From Octopus sinensis (taxonomy: Eukaryota), in NCBI RefSeq assembly GCF_006345805.1, contig NC_042997.1, forward strand, positions 99,448,001 through 99,512,000: a stretch of DNA of 64,000 bases. The letters run 5' to 3'. The position numbers were made by a program, and so were the translations under genes. The notes under the pieces are model-generated. The model worked only from the letters and a program-made list of their open reading frames with translations. It was not told where the DNA came from and made no database searches. Below, piece by piece: positions 11,276 through 24,582 of this stretch. How positions within the stretch are numbered: position 1 is the first letter of the stretch; each line of letters opens with the position of its first letter.

Positions 11276-12770
11276 CAGTGTCTAATACATACTGAATAAG
11301 TACAATAATACTGAAGGTGAGAGTGTCTTAGTGGTCAGGATGTTGTTCCCACGATGGTTTCGATTTCTTATCTGGACGGTGCGCTTTGTCCTTGAGTAAG
11401 GCACTTCATTTCAAGTTGCTCCATTTTACTGTGTGTTACTATATCTCTTTCTTTCTCCGTCATTTATATTCTCTATGTTCCGCATGGTCAACTAATAGGG
11501 TGGAGTGGAGAAGGTGCTTGCGTCTGCTCACGACTACAGAGACAGCTTAAACAATTAGCGAAAGCATAGTACTTGCCACCAAGTCGTACTCGCAAGCAAG
11601 TGATGACTACGGTCTTTTTTGCTGCAATGTAATAAATATTGTGTCAGAATGCTTCCTTTAATATTCTTATACTTCTTATACACCTAGTATAGAATGTGAA
11701 AGAGCCTAGAGAGCATGTACTGAATCAGAAATACTCTCACTTTCACATATTACCAAAGGCCAAGTGTCAATTTGTAGCTTAATAAGGTCAGAGATATCCA
11801 ATCTTTCGTTTACTTATAGTCTTGTGCACAAATCCGACCAGTCAATAATAAATTACTACTTTAAGTGTATTTTGTTGATATTAAATCCAAAATCTGAAAT
11901 TCAATCTAGAGCTTAATCTAACAACGGAGTTTTATAAGTAATAGATTAAATTTCAAAGCAAAATCGATTTTACTTCTTGTGTAAGAATTATAATTCTATT
12001 ATCTATGGCATTATACTTATGTGTGTGGAATACTGTATGTATTACAATGGTTCTTACTGATTTTTCTGTCTTAGCATCATAGACTTTTATAATGTCGGAG
12101 TGACATGAAAGTTAAAATATTAACCGATGAATGTAGTTAACATCATAAACGTCAACGACGACGACGATGACATTAACAACGCAAAGAATAAGTGCATCAC
12201 CTCTTTTGTAATAGACTTGCTGCAAAAAAAGAGGAAAATTTCACACACACTTGAAAATCTGAGGGTAATCTTGCATTAATAAATGTAATTTCCGAATCAT
12301 TTCTTTAATTTCATTTAATATAGCCAACTTAACATTATCATCTCGAAAATATCGAAGATAATCTCTGTTACATCAATGCAATTGAAGATATAGAAAGCTT
12401 TTAACAATATTTCACGAACAAAGTAATCACATTGAAAGGAAATTGATAGATTTCATGGTTGTTACTAAGTCTAATGAAGCTGGTGTATGTCCCGGCAAGC
12501 TACTACTGCTATAATTGCAACTATTACTACTTACTATTAATAATTATAATAATTATATCTCTTTGTTGTTAGACCACAACTATTGTGAATAGGTGTTTGT
12601 TAATTAAATCTATTCCTAACATTTTATTCTTATCGATCCCCGAAGGACGAAAGGCAATATTCACTTCGATGGGATTTGAAGTGCTGGAACAAATCCCGCT
12701 AAGCTTCTAACAATTCTACCAATCTAATAATGATGAAAGTAATTTACAGCATTATTTTGCTGACGTCTAA

Positions 12771-12936
12771 GGCGTCGAGCTGGCAGAAACGTTAGCACGC
12801 CGGGCGAAATGCTTAGCGGTATTTCGTCTCCCGTTACGTTCTGAGTTCAAATTCCCCCGAGGTCGACTTTGCTTTCATCCTTTCGGAGTCGATTAAATAA
12901 GTACCAGTTACGCACTGGGGTCGATGTAATTTCGAG
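12771..12936 (+). mobile_element. Family-A SINE interrupted by a TIR element (tail resumes at about 13765-13797)
   Basis: Near-consensus head and core; tail GGGCCTTGTGCCTTGAGTAGAAAAGATTATT lies right of the TIR element. Confidence 0.85.
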
Positions 12937-13758
12937 CCTTTTGACCGATAGATTTTTTAAATAATTTTTTGTAACTAAACACTTTCAAACTTATAGTGGT
13001 AGAATGTGTCACATAAAACATCTTTTACTGTATTTTCGAAGTTATTTTTTGTTAAAGTTGTAGTATTTCGGTAATTTGAACCAATCAATGACGTGTATTC
13101 ATCTTGTCAACAATAACTTCCGCCGGTATATATTTCGTTTGTCACTGCTATTTATGACATATTTCATCTCAGTTACGTTTGTATGAATAAACGAATGTAT
13201 CTGAAGCCTGTTTACTTCATGGCATCACCATAATCGTTCGTGCTTCATTTTTCATTTTTTCTGTAACTCTAACCCTAAAACCCCAACCCTAACCCTAACT
13301 CTAACCCTAAAACCTTAACCCTAATCCTAACACCCTAACCAAACACCAACTCTAAAACCCTAACCCTAACCATAAAACCCTACCCCAAACCCTAACCTTA
13401 CCCCTAACACTAACACCCTAACACGACCCTGAAACCCTAACCCTAAAACCTTAAAGCTAAAACCAGTACAAGCGCACGAACGATGTCATAAAGAACAGTA
13501 ACAAACGAGGTATACACCGCCGATAGTTTTTGTTGACAAACAACGGCAGTAATTTTATTCAGTTGAATACACGTCATTGATTGGTTCAAATTACCGGAAT
13601 ACGACAACTTTAACAAAAAAATAACTTCCAAAATACTGAATTTTCTCAACAACGCCAAGAGTAAAAGATGTTTTATGTGACACATTATACCAGTGTCCGA
13701 AGTTTGAAAGTGTTTAGCTACAAAAAAATTAGTTTTTAAACCTGTCGGTCAAAAGGTA
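12937..13758. mobile_element. Non-autonomous long-TIR (foldback/MITE-like) element with internal telomere-like repeats
   Basis: CCTTTTGACCGA..GTAACTAAACACTTTCAAACTT..ATGTGTCACATAAAACATCTTTTACT..GGTAATTTGAACCAATCAATGACGTGTATTCA (12937-about 13160) is mirrored, with indels, at about 13480-13756, ending GGTCAAAAGGTATA. Confidence 0.85.
13264..13450 (-). repeat. Degenerate interstitial (TTAGGG)n-like repeat
   Basis: Plus strand AACCCT/AAACCCT/AACTCT variants in tandem. Confidence 0.9.
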
Positions 13759-13851
13759 TAGATCCGGGCCTTGTGCCTTGAGTAGAAAAGATTATTCTAT
13801 TAACGTCTGTAACTATGGAACGCCAACATTATTATACACATTACAAGTTAG

Positions 13852-14900
13852 CGTGCTAGAAGAATCGTTAACACGCTGGACAAAACGCTCAGCGACATTT
13901 CTTCCTGCTCTTTACATTCAGGGTTCAAATTCCGCCGAGGTCGACTTTGCCTTTCATCCTTTCGGGGTCAATAAATTAAGTATTAGTTGCTTACTGCGGT
14001 CGTTCTAATCGACTGGCCCCTCCCACCAAATTTCAGGTCTTGTGCTTATAGTAGAAAGGATCATTATGTACATTACAAGGCAACTTTTTATCAGAATCGT
14101 TAACACGCCAGGCAAACGCTTAGCGGCATTTCTTCCGGCTATTTACGTTCTGGGTTCAAATACCATCGAGGTCGACTTTGCCTTTCATCTTTTCGGAGTC
14201 GGTAAAATAAACACTAGTTGAGCACTGGAGCCGATGTTATTGACTTGTACCCATCCCAAAAATTCCACACCCTGTTCCTATAATAGAAAGCATTACTGTT
14301 CATATTACATTTATACTATTCGTGTGATAATTGACCGATAAACTATGGAACGAAACGGAAGACAAAATTTCTTTTCAATACACCATTTGTATTATTTGAA
14401 TTATTTATAAGGCAGTTTAAAGCGGCGACCGGATGAATCTTTAGTGTGTCAGACTCGGCAGAATTTTTTTCCGACTCAATACATTTTGAGTTCAAATTCC
14501 AATGCGGTCAACTTTGTCTTTCACACTTTCTGGATCGATAAAATTAGTACCATTCAAGTACTAAGGTCGATGTAATCGACCTGCCCCTTCGACTGGACAT
14601 TACCTACCTTGTGACAAAATTGGACATTTGCCTTATAAATAATTGACTGATAAATAAATATTCTTTTATTGTCTTACATATCTTAAATAAAGAACTATTA
14701 TTTTATTGCTTTCAAGACTGCTTGCTGGCAGAATCGTCAAGATCAAGAAACTTTACATTCTGGGTTCAAATGTCGTCGAGATCAAATTTACCTTTCGTCT
14801 AGTCCAGATTGATAAAATGAAGTACCAGTTTAGCATTTGTGTCGATGGTATTAACAAACACCTGCCCTCATAAATTTGGGCATTATACCAAAATTATTAA
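13852..14900 (+). mobile_element. Array of 4 family-A SINE copies of differing decay
   Basis: Heads at about 13852, 14085, 14420 and 14720 with the conserved GTTCAAAT..GTC.ACTTTG..GATAAA..AGTACCA core. Confidence 0.85.
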
Positions 14901-15895
14901 CCAGTAATTTACGGGTTTCAGTCATTGGACTGCAGCCGTGCTGGTGCACTATGTTCAAGAATTTACTCCAATGGTTCTCAGTCTCTTTCAGTTCGAGGCG
15001 CAAAGGAAATCAATTGGAAAATTATGCATTTTGCAAGGTAAAATTTTTAATGAGCTTTAAAGCTTAAAATAAACAAAAATATACAGGAAACTACCTCGTT
15101 TTATAAATCATATTTGTGTATAACAAAATTGTGAATAACAAGTTTTTTTGTTTAAACCTGACAGTCAGATATTAGTATAGATTTTTAAAAGCCTTAAATT
15201 TTTTAAAATCCTCTGTGCATCTACGTGACTCCCTGTGAATCATATCAATCCCAGTACTTATTTTATCAATCTCGAGAGATCACAGGATATAAGCAGCAAC
15301 ACCGTTTTTCTCTGTGTAAATGTCAACACAGACAAATAAATATAGAAACTCAGTCACTTACACACAAACACAGGAGATAAACACAGATAAAAAGTTTTTA
15401 ATTTTAAAGTGAATGTGTGTGATAACTACTTCGTGGAGGAATCATTTAATAACATTTATAGCACACAAAGTTGTTGAATTTAGTTTGAAATCAAATTTAT
15501 TGTATAATGTCAAAACTTTTGTCGCACAACTACGACCTCGACAGTGACACAGTTTTACTGTAACTAATTAAAAGTGTGTTAATAGCCTGTTCTTATAGGT
15601 TAAAGGTTGTCTTTTTTCCATGTTACTTCATTTTTATTCCGTTTCCCTCTCTTTCCTGTTCACTTTAGATATGTGTGTGTTGTATTCATATAGAGTGACC
15701 TCATTACTGATCGGTTATCGGACTTTGGGGTAGTTTTTAGAGTAATATTCTTGAAACATGATACATCTTTATCCCTCGGTTGAGAAAAGACCCAAACAAG
15801 GGATTAGCTAGAATATCAATTTCACTCTGTTCAATTTATTGACCATGATGTAGAATTTCCCTAGTAATGCTGGTAAAGTAACATTTTTTTTTAAT

Positions 15896-16240
15896 TTTCT
15901 TGTCACAACCATCGGAGCGCGAAGCGCCCCTCACCAACGCAGGTTCGTAAGATGGTTGTGATCTATAAACAGTTTTCAGTAGGAACCAGGAAAAGAAGTA
16001 TAAACACGCAATGCACATGTACACATTGAATTCGTAAAGTGGAAGAGATGAATAAAAACGCAATGTCAAATACATTATATGAGGTCTGCATGCCACATTT
16101 GACACCACTTTCACGCAGCTTTGCTGCAATTTTCTTGTTTTGGCAGATATTTAGCCCTTCAAACACACACATCCTTTTTGTAACCAAAATAGACGACGGC
16201 ACTTATATGCAATTCAATTATGAAGGTTATTTTATTTATG
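15896..16240 (+). mobile_element. Helentron-associated (HINE/DINE-like) element, probable
   Basis: T-run, then TCACAACCATC (15903-13) with its inverted copy GATGGTTGTGA (15951-61) enclosing a GCGC-GAA-GCGC hairpin; right end uncertain. Confidence 0.45.
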
Positions 16241-16649
16241 TTCTTTCTGTGAGAATAAACATTGTGGGTCAATATTCAATGTATCGTTTGATTTTTTATT
16301 TGCAGAAAAATGAAGAATGTTTTTGTGGTTCAGTTGTTTTTGAAGGTTATGTAAACTCTCGTTTGTTTGTTTGTTCGTTATGTATTTTAGCAAAATAAAG
16401 TAGAACATTTGTTTAATGTTTGGTTGTTAAAATATTGTATGCTTAAGATAATTATAGATTTGCAAACTTTTCAAAACATGCAAGAGAATATACAAAATAT
16501 TTAAAAGTCAAAATTGAGTTCCTGAAGATTGGGCTGATGAATTAAATAATAAGGTTTTCAAATTTTGGCACAGCGACAGTGATTTGTTTTGGTGGGGGGG
16601 GAGCAAGACGATTACAACGAATTTGATTTTATCGACACTGAAAAGAGCA

Positions 16650-17195
16650 AAGACAAAGTCCACCACACAAGCTCTTTCTCCATAGCTACTAAACAGAGGC
16701 AGACTGCCTATGTTTTTCGAAAAAAAGAGGGCGGTGGAGCGATCTTCACGATAGACTCAGCCGATAACCGGATCTGTCTCACACATGATAACAGTTGATC
16801 AACATAACTCCACATATCAGCAAAGTTTGGGCACTGTACCATCGCGTGTAACAGTTTATTCGCTCAGCGCCCATCTCAAGCAGGTTCCACTGATGATACT
16901 ACCATGCCTCCTGACATTGGGGACGGAGTAGTGTTTTTGAGTGACTCCAGACTTGTGTCTGGTGTCACAACAACCTCTAGTATCTGTTCTTGAATTATTT
17001 CTAGGTTTTCAGGGAAGAAAGCCAATAAGTGACTTTCACTGTCACATGTGTAGAAGCTAGACAAACTCCTCTGGAATCTCAGTTTTAAGGTTTTCCAATC
17101 ACGAACCTCTAGAAAACATACTCCCGGCACTGTCTCGCTGTTTTGTTCGGTCAAGAAGATTTGCATAACAATGGGAATTCCACCCAACCATATAT
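16650..17195 (-). mobile_element. Tx1/L1-clade LINE ORF2 C-terminal relic
   Basis: ORF 16876-17214 continues past stops into KLLHAMVQCPNFADMWSYVDQLLSCVRQIRLSAESIVKIAPPP..AVCLCLVAMEKELVWWT (degenerate CCHC knuckle region); homologous to 56.3-56.5 kb. Confidence 0.75.
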
Positions 17196-17214
17196 CTATT
17201 TCTTTATTACCCAC

Positions 17215-17428
17215 AAGGGGCTAAACACAGAGGGGACAAACAAGGACAGACATAGGTATTAAGTCGATTACATTGACCCCAGTGCGTAACTGGTACTTAA
17301 TTTATCGACCCCGAAAGGATGAAAGGCAAAGTCGACCTCGGCGGAATTTGAACTCACAACGTAACGCAGACGAAATACCGCTAAGCATTTCGCCCGGCGT
17401 GCTAACGTTTCTGCCAGCTCGCCGCCTT
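17215..17428 (-). mobile_element. Family-A SINE, tail type 2, near consensus
   Basis: Revcomp GGCGGCGAGCTGGCAGAAACGTTAGCACGCCGGGCGAAATGC..AGTACCAG..CCCCTTGTGGGTAATAAAGAAATA. Confidence 0.92.
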
Positions 17429-18383
17429 TTATCGTCAAAATGTACGTTCCTGCACTGACAATCTACCCATATTGTTCCACAACGGTGACTTGTACACTAG
17501 GTAGACATCGTTACCCATGTTCCAGATGCTGACCTTTAGTGTTTTCCTTCTCAAATGCCATAGGCTCAGCTTATGGATAACACATGCAATCTGTGTCTGC
17601 ACTTTAGCCCTGTACTCTGTTTTTAAAAATCACATATAATGCTATGCTCCCTCCTTCTCCCAACAAAGGAGATTACACTTAAAATATCTGAGAGTTCTTT
17701 CTCCAACTCTTATTTAATGTAACAAAATATTCCCTGTGAACTTAGCAAAGTGCAAGTAGATTACCTCCCACTTCGCAAGCGCCTACATCATGCATTATAG
17801 GAAGCTTGCACCTATTTTGTGGATCATATCTTCCAAGTTTTACATTCTTCGGCAAATGTCCCATTCTAAGGTTTTTCTATTCAAAAAATCCATTTGTGTA
17901 GGATAGCGTTTTGTTACTCTTATTTACTTCTGACGTAGTACTATTGTTGTTACGCTCAACATTTCACACTCGAAACCGTCAAAGTGGGTGTTAAAATAAT
18001 CAGTTTGCTTTTTGGTCCAATTAAAATACTAATCTCTTTTTCGTTTGCTTTCTGCTTGAAAATGTGTTGTTTTGTTTATTTTCAAATTTTCTTTGGGAAA
18101 TGGCTGACTTTCTAAGTGTATACAAGTAAAAGAGTAAGTAATCTCCATGCAGATATTTATAAGAATTATATCGCATCCACAAAACTGTTTTCAAGTCTTC
18201 TTTGCCTGGGAACAAGAAAAGCTCCTGCACCTTAATAATGCACAAAAAATACATACCTTCTCCGTGATGAATTGTAGTAAGCTGGTGCCTGTCTTGTAAA
18301 CAAAATATGATAATGCTTTCTTTCTTTCTGCAAAACGTCCCATATTGAGTGTTAATGTTTCCTTATTCCTGCTTATTTGACGT

Positions 18384-18858
18384 GGAGGCGCAATGGCCCA
18401 GTAAGGGCAGCAGACTCGCGGTCGTAGGATCGCGGTTTCGATTCCCAGACCGGGCATTGTGAGTATTTACTGAGCGAAAACACCAAATGCTCCACGAGGC
18501 TCTAGCAGGGGGTAGTGGTGAACCCTGCTGTACTCTTTCACCACAGCTTTCTCTCACTCTTTCTTCCTGTTTCTGTTGTACCTGCATTTCAAAGGGCTAG
18601 CCTTGTCACACTCTATGTCACTCTGAGTTAAGGGTACACGTGTCTGGAGTGCTCAGCCACTTGCACATTAATAAATGAGCTGCGACGCCAAGCTGTATCG
18701 GCCTTTGCCTTTCCCTTGGATAACATCGGTGGTGAGGAGAGGGGAGGCTGGTATGCATGGGCGACTGCTAGTCTTCCATAAACAACCTTGCCTAGACTTG
18801 TGCCTCGGAGGGTAACTTTCTAGGTACAATCCCATGGTCATTCATGACCGAAGGGGTC
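18384..18858 (+). mobile_element. tRNA-derived SINE, family D, with RTE-like tail
   Basis: GGAGGCGCAATGGCCCAGT..GGTTTCGATTCCCAGACC head; 3' CATGGGCGACTGCT..GGAGGGTAACTTTCTAGG..CATGACCGAAGGGGTC. Confidence 0.75.
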
Positions 18859-20490
18859 ACAATTCCTGCTTGTTTGACATATGCATATGTATAATGTTGT
18901 TGCTATTGTTACTACTGCTCTTGTTGTTGATGATGATGTTTTTAAGACAAGGGGTAGGCAAAATCTTTCTTGAGTTTCATGGGAAAAGCAGTCATTCAAA
19001 TTAACAATTAACCGAATTATAAGCAAATTTTCGGAATACGAGAAATAGATTAAAGGAAGCAATTTGGTCATGCGCCATTAAAATCGTATACATTATAACA
19101 TTTAACGTTATGAACAACGTTATGAACATTGATGCCTGCTACTCTTAGTATAAAAACTCGGCTTAGTAAATATAGACAATATACACAACAGGCATATACA
19201 CCTAAAACCTACATCAATTTTTGCATGTAAAAAATTGTTTCTAATTTACAATTTTCTTAATTAAAAGTATTTAAATAAAGCATAATAATATAACTTAATT
19301 TCAATATTTAATATTTGCTATAGTAATTGTAGTGTTGGCAGTATTTCGATTAATTTTTTAGACAGCTGTTACTTCGATCAGTTGTTTTTCGAGCAACTGT
19401 TTTCGATAAATTTAATTTCGGTAAACTGTTTGCATACTGTGTCAAACGTAAAAAAATATACCTATATGGTATTTATAAGGATTATCACCCTTATTCTATA
19501 AATCTGAAAAAATGAGTAGGAAATATGAATTAGGTAAGAAACTTACTTTGCAAACGCTAGCAAAAGCATTGAAAAATTTTCTAAATTGAGAATTCTGAAA
19601 AATTCTCTCTAGTGTTGTAATATAAAATATACTCCAGTGATAGGGGTATCTTTTTCTTTATTCTTACGTTAATGTATCAGCTGTGGTATGTCGACGTAGC
19701 CAAGGAAATATAATATATCAAAAACTACTCAGATAATGGAAAATGAAAGTTAATGACGTCATATCTATGAAACTTTATTAAAATATGCCACCGAAATAAT
19801 TCAATATTGGTAAAAGCAAATTATTGCTATGGAAACGAAAAATCAACAGTAAATTATGAATTGTGAAGTTTCAATTTTCCCAAATTACCTGCAATCATAT
19901 TAAACCAGAAAAATAGTTTCTCTGAAACATCTATAATTAGCAAAAAATATATGCACAGTACTCAAAAGTTGTGATCATACGCTCCTTTATTTATTTTTCT
20001 CTTTTTTTTTCCTCATATGCGCATAACATAATAGCAAATGAAAATGAAACTATAGATGTCGCAAAGATGCTACACAAATAAAATACAATTTTTTTTTTAA
20101 ACAAAACAGGGACATAAATGTAACAGTAATAACAAAGCACACTCTTTCAATGGGAGGAAAATGATGTTATTCAAATTATTCCACAGCTACATTAGTGGTT
20201 TTATAAGAAAGCGAGACCGTAAACCTTATGACTTTCAAATATAGCTATAGTACAATAATATAATAAGCTTTATGTTCGCTGAATTGCGTTTTTCTTAAAC
20301 GTACAAAATTCCGTTTCTAAATACATGGTGTTTCTTTTCTTATCTAAATAGTTTTCTCATGATTCTATTTACGTGTAAGTTAAAAATCAACAAAAATTGC
20401 TTAACTAGGAGTCTTCCAAACATAAAGGTATTAATTCAGGACCTTCTAAAGAAAGATAATTATATGAATTGTATATATACATGCATACAT

Positions 20491-20529
<39 letters not shown>

Positions 20530-20550
20530 CGTACGCGCGTATGTGTGTGT

Positions 20551-20812
20551 GAGGGCGCATGGCCAAGTGGTTATGGTGTTGCACTCACGGTCGCTAGAAC
20601 GTGATTTCAGTTCCTAGACTGGATTGTGTGTTGTGTTCTTGAACAAAACACTTCATTTCACGTCGGTCTGCGATCACTCCGACACCTAACGTGTGGTACA
20701 CCATGCACCTGTTCAGGCAATGTCACTTTGATGGAGAGAGTAAGCTATTGTGCGGCACAAACATTTGATCACTATAAACAAATCATTTGTGCAGGTTATA
20801 TCTTCGAAGGGA
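20551..20812 (+). mobile_element. Family-C SINE
   Basis: GAGGGCGCATGGCCAAGTGGTTATGG..TGTGTTCTTGAACAAAACACTTCATTTCACG. Confidence 0.8.
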
Positions 20813-20869
20813 GATAATCCCACCACATACATACATACATGCACCCATCCATCCATACATGCATACAAA

Positions 20870-21090
20870 TATTGATTTCAGATTTTGGCACAAGGCCAGT
20901 TATTTTGGGAAAGGGATAAGTCGCTGACGTCGACCCCAGTGTCCAACTGACACTTACTTTGTCGACCTCGAAAAGATGAAAGAAGACAAAGTAGCCCTCA
21001 GCGGCATTTGAACTCAGAACGTAAAGACGGATGAAATGCCGCTAAGCATTTTGCTCGGCGTGCTAACGATTCTGCCTGCTCGCTGCCCTC
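20870..21090 (-). mobile_element. Family-A SINE
   Basis: Revcomp GGCAGCGAGCAGGCAGAATCGTTAGCACGCCG..GAGTTCAAATGCC.. with a mutated core. Confidence 0.85.
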
Positions 21091-22544
21091 ATGCATATTA
21101 AAATTAATTGCTCATAGAGTCTGGTACTGGTCGCTGAGTCTATAATCACGATGGCCTAGAAACTGGCAGTTAACAGTCATTGTCTTGGTCGCCAGGACTA
21201 TTTCGAATTCATGGCCTAGACTTTTAATGACGATCAAGAACACAGCAACACAATTAATAAAAATTACATGAACTGAAGATAAGCTTCTACGAAACATTGA
21301 TTAAAATTAAATTTTAGCTCTGTACAATACGGTAATCAACCCTATTATTGAAGTTTCAAATTAGTAATGGAGTTTGAGTGATGCATGCATTAATACATTC
21401 ATTAAAACATAAAAGTGTGTAAGTAGTTTTGAAATAGAACAATACAACAATAATGATAAGACAAGCGAAAGCAACAACCAAGCTAAGACAACGCCACTTT
21501 AGTATCATCATCTTCTTCATCATCATCATCATCAACAGCAACAACAGCAGCGTTATCATCATCGTTAAACTTCCCTGTCTTTCTGCTCTTAACCATAATC
21601 ATCAAAATTATAATAAATAATGATTGCGAAGAAAAAGAACAAAAAGATTATAGCAAAACCATTAAAAGTTGATTTGAGCACAAATTTTCTAAATTACAAC
21701 TTCTCGTTGGACATACTTTTCCATCGATTTTTAATTTGACTGTAAAAGCAATTAAATGAAAGTTATATCGGCAAATTTACAGATATAATGAAATCTATGA
21801 GTCGATAGATATATATAAAATGCATACAGATATATAGGTAACTGTTACGACTGGTATATATACACAAAGAATCAACTGGATAGATGGACGGATGGATAAC
21901 TAGGAAAGTAAGTAGGTTAGTTAATAGTTGAATTATTATATATGCAGCTTAATATAGTATACAAAAGAGTATTGTATACGCACACATGAAAAATTGTTCA
22001 TTGAAAGAGAGATAAAAGTCTGTAATGTTATTTACATTCAGAAATAGATAAACTGATAAACAGACAGATAAAGAGGTAGCTTCTATATTAAAAAAAATAT
22101 TCTGTTTAACATTTGTTCTTAAAGTTTTCTTTTTTTCATATGTTCATTACAAAATATTGAGAAATGAAATCTACTAAATCGATAAAATGTCGACCGGTTT
22201 GTCTAAGGATTGGTGATTCCTATCTCGTTACTGTCGCAGATATCAATTCCTGAATCTTGTCAGTTAATTATGGTCGTGCGAAATCTTGAGCAAGTGTCTC
22301 TTCTAAATGAAGAGAGAAATCATTCTTACAGGAATTAAAAGTAAGTATATGGGTGAAAACATAACAGCCAAATGATGGAGAAAGATTAGGAAAAAATGCT
22401 CCGTCCTTTTGAGATAATACAGAACTATGTAAATACAAATTTAATGGTGTGTATCAATCAGAATTTTATAGTGAATAAAGGTAATAAATACAGTAACACT
22501 GATTATAAGTATCAACTCTTTAGCCTAACTCTTATAAGCGCAAA

Positions 22545-22695
22545 TGAGGCTGTATGGCAAGACGTTTGCTTCTAAACCACAAGGTTTTGGTTCCATACAC
22601 ACTGCATTTCACCTCGGACAAAGGTTTCTATAATAGCCTCGAACCAAGCAAGGTTTTGTCAGTGGATTTGTTAGACGGAAGCTGAAAAGAACCTT
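22545..22695 (+). mobile_element. Family-B SINE (degenerate 5' part)
   Basis: GGCTGTATGGCAAGACGTTTGCTT..GTGGATTTGTTAGACGGAAGCTGAAA followed by TA/CA repeats, as in the 53364 copy. Confidence 0.7.
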
Positions 22696-22713
22696 TCAAA
22701 TATATTATATTAT

Positions 22714-22752
<39 letters not shown>

Positions 22753-22754
22753 TA

Positions 22755-22968
22755 CAGTAATCCCTCGCCATATCGCGGTTCATCTATCGTGGTTTCTTAT
22801 TTATGCTTATGTCGATTCCTACGTGATGTTTTGCATTTATAATAAAATAAATATATACAAATCATAAAAATAATTTTTAAAAATATACAGTACTGTTTCT
22901 ACTTCGCGGATTTTAACCAATCACGGGGTAGTTTGGAATGTAACACCCGTGATAGTCGAGGGATTACC

Positions 22969-22969
<1 letters not shown>
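22755..22969. mobile_element. pogo/Tigger-like MITE
   Basis: TA|CAGTAATCCCTCGCCATATCGCGG ... CCGTGATAGTCGAGGGATTACCA|TA: imperfect TIRs with TA target duplication. Confidence 0.8.
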
Positions 22970-23029
<60 letters not shown>

Positions 23030-23084
23030 GTCTAAGGAGATTCATAGGGTCTTAATATAACACACTCATCGGTTCAATTTCCAC

Positions 23085-24570
23085 GCCTAGATGAGCGAAA
23101 AATTAAATGCAAACATAAATTACATTACTTATATAATATGTTTTGCTAATTTTTCCGTACATATAAAGCCCTATTTTATGTTACTAATTTGTTGTTGATA
23201 TAATTTATTGTAGTATTAGTGTATAACTTAGCATGATATCATATGTTGTATATTACATTATTTCAATACGTTTAAACTTGGATGTTTCTTAAATAAATAA
23301 ATGAATGAATATATAAATTAATGAATAACTATTCATTATAGTAACATAAATTTATTTAACTATATTATGTATATTTTACGTATTTTAGTATTAATTATTT
23401 GGACTTTAAATCTTCCAGTAAATAGTAGTTTATAGTTTTGTTTTGTTTTTCTCTCTTATTCTCTAATTCTAGAAGATTAAATATCTTTCGTCATTTTCAT
23501 TAATATAATACATACTTCTATATATTTATTCTATTTTCTTATTTACGCAACGTCTTCACGGGTTAAATTTCTTATAAACGCTAAGGCCTACGTTTTTACG
23601 TTTTAAATTCAGCTAACAGATTTTCTTAGATAAGATAGGTCGGGAATTTCTTTTTAAAACAATATTGTTAAATTTTGTTTGATTGTTATTGTAAAAATAA
23701 TGATTTCTATATTGTTATTTGTTAATTATAAATTACGATACGTATATTTATTTACTTATTATTATTATTATCATTGTTATTATCTTGTGAATTATAATCT
23801 TAACGTATTACATATAATTTACATTTGTTATGTAATAGTTTTGTAAGACAAAATCTCATCGAATTGGTAGTAATTTTTTATTTGTTATGTAATATTGCAT
23901 TTAAGTAAATATTTTTAATAATAATAGAAACTTTGTTTAATTCTATAAATGAGTGAAATATTTAATCTATACATAAATTGGATTAATTATATAAGTTTAA
24001 CTAATTTGTGTGTATATATTTAAACCATTTTCTATTTTTAATTCTTGTAGTCATAGTTTGTAGTAGTATTATAAGTTAGCATGAAGTTTTTTAGTATATA
24101 GATGTTTATTAAATAAATACATCAATAAATAATTTAATGCATATAGATTAAATTATAGTATTTTAGCTTCACTTAATGTATACTATGTATTTTGTATATA
24201 TATTTTTTGTATTAAATAATTTGTTTTAATTATTTGTATTTTAATTTTCCAGTAATGATATACTATAGTTTGTTATTTTTTCTTTTATAAGCTAAAATAT
24301 ATTTTCGTAGATAAAATAAATATTTCTATCTATTTATTCTAATTTTATTTGCACCACATTTTTAACGAGATAAATTTATCATAAACACTAAGTCCTACGT
24401 ATTAAGTTTAATGATATAGTTAACAGAATATATTCAATAAGATAAGTCATGTTTTTATTTTAAGACATATTGTTGAATTTTGTTCGTTTTTTTATTGTAA
24501 AATTACGTATTTTTATATATATTTATATTTACTTATAAGATAATATACGTACATTTATTTGATTATTTTA
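23085..24570. repeat. Two diverged about 650-bp AT-rich units in tandem (23085-23760 and 23943-24570), probable Penelope-like relic
   Basis: Colinear anchors: GATGAGCGAAAAATT/AATGAGTGAAATATT, TTAGCATGA, GATGTTT.TTAAATAAATA, TTCCAGTAA, ATAAAC.CTAAG.CCTACGT, TAACAGA..AAGATA.GTC. Confidence 0.7.
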
Positions 24571-24582
24571 TTGTTTTTATAT

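Noticed and set aside
13264-13450. True telomere or chromosome-fusion site
   Set aside because: Short, degenerate, single-orientation and enclosed by TIRs of a mobile element.
18090-18360. Possible host exon pair on the minus strand (..ITEK|GTATGT donor at about 18256, TTAG acceptor at about 18111)
   Set aside because: The spliced product stops within about 10 codons, no recognisable protein, and the upstream part is SINE; splice-like motifs occur by chance.
18384-18460. tRNA genes (also heads at 1263, 39486, 53364)
   Set aside because: A/B boxes are present but there is no complete cloverleaf, and each continues into a SINE body.
19330-19440. Degenerate AACTGTTTTCGA-like short repeats
   Set aside because: Probably subterminal repeats of an old DNA transposon; too decayed to define.
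21270-21302. CTGAAGA..GAAACATT hammerhead candidate
   Set aside because: Neither stem I nor stem II can form convincingly.
23085-24570. Mitochondrial insertion, alternative genetic code (TAR=Gln) ORF, or RIP-like hypermutation as a firm call
   Set aside because: No mitochondrial gene motif recognised; frames are broken by indels between the two units; TG/CA depletion is obvious in one 120-bp stretch but not at 23101-23220.
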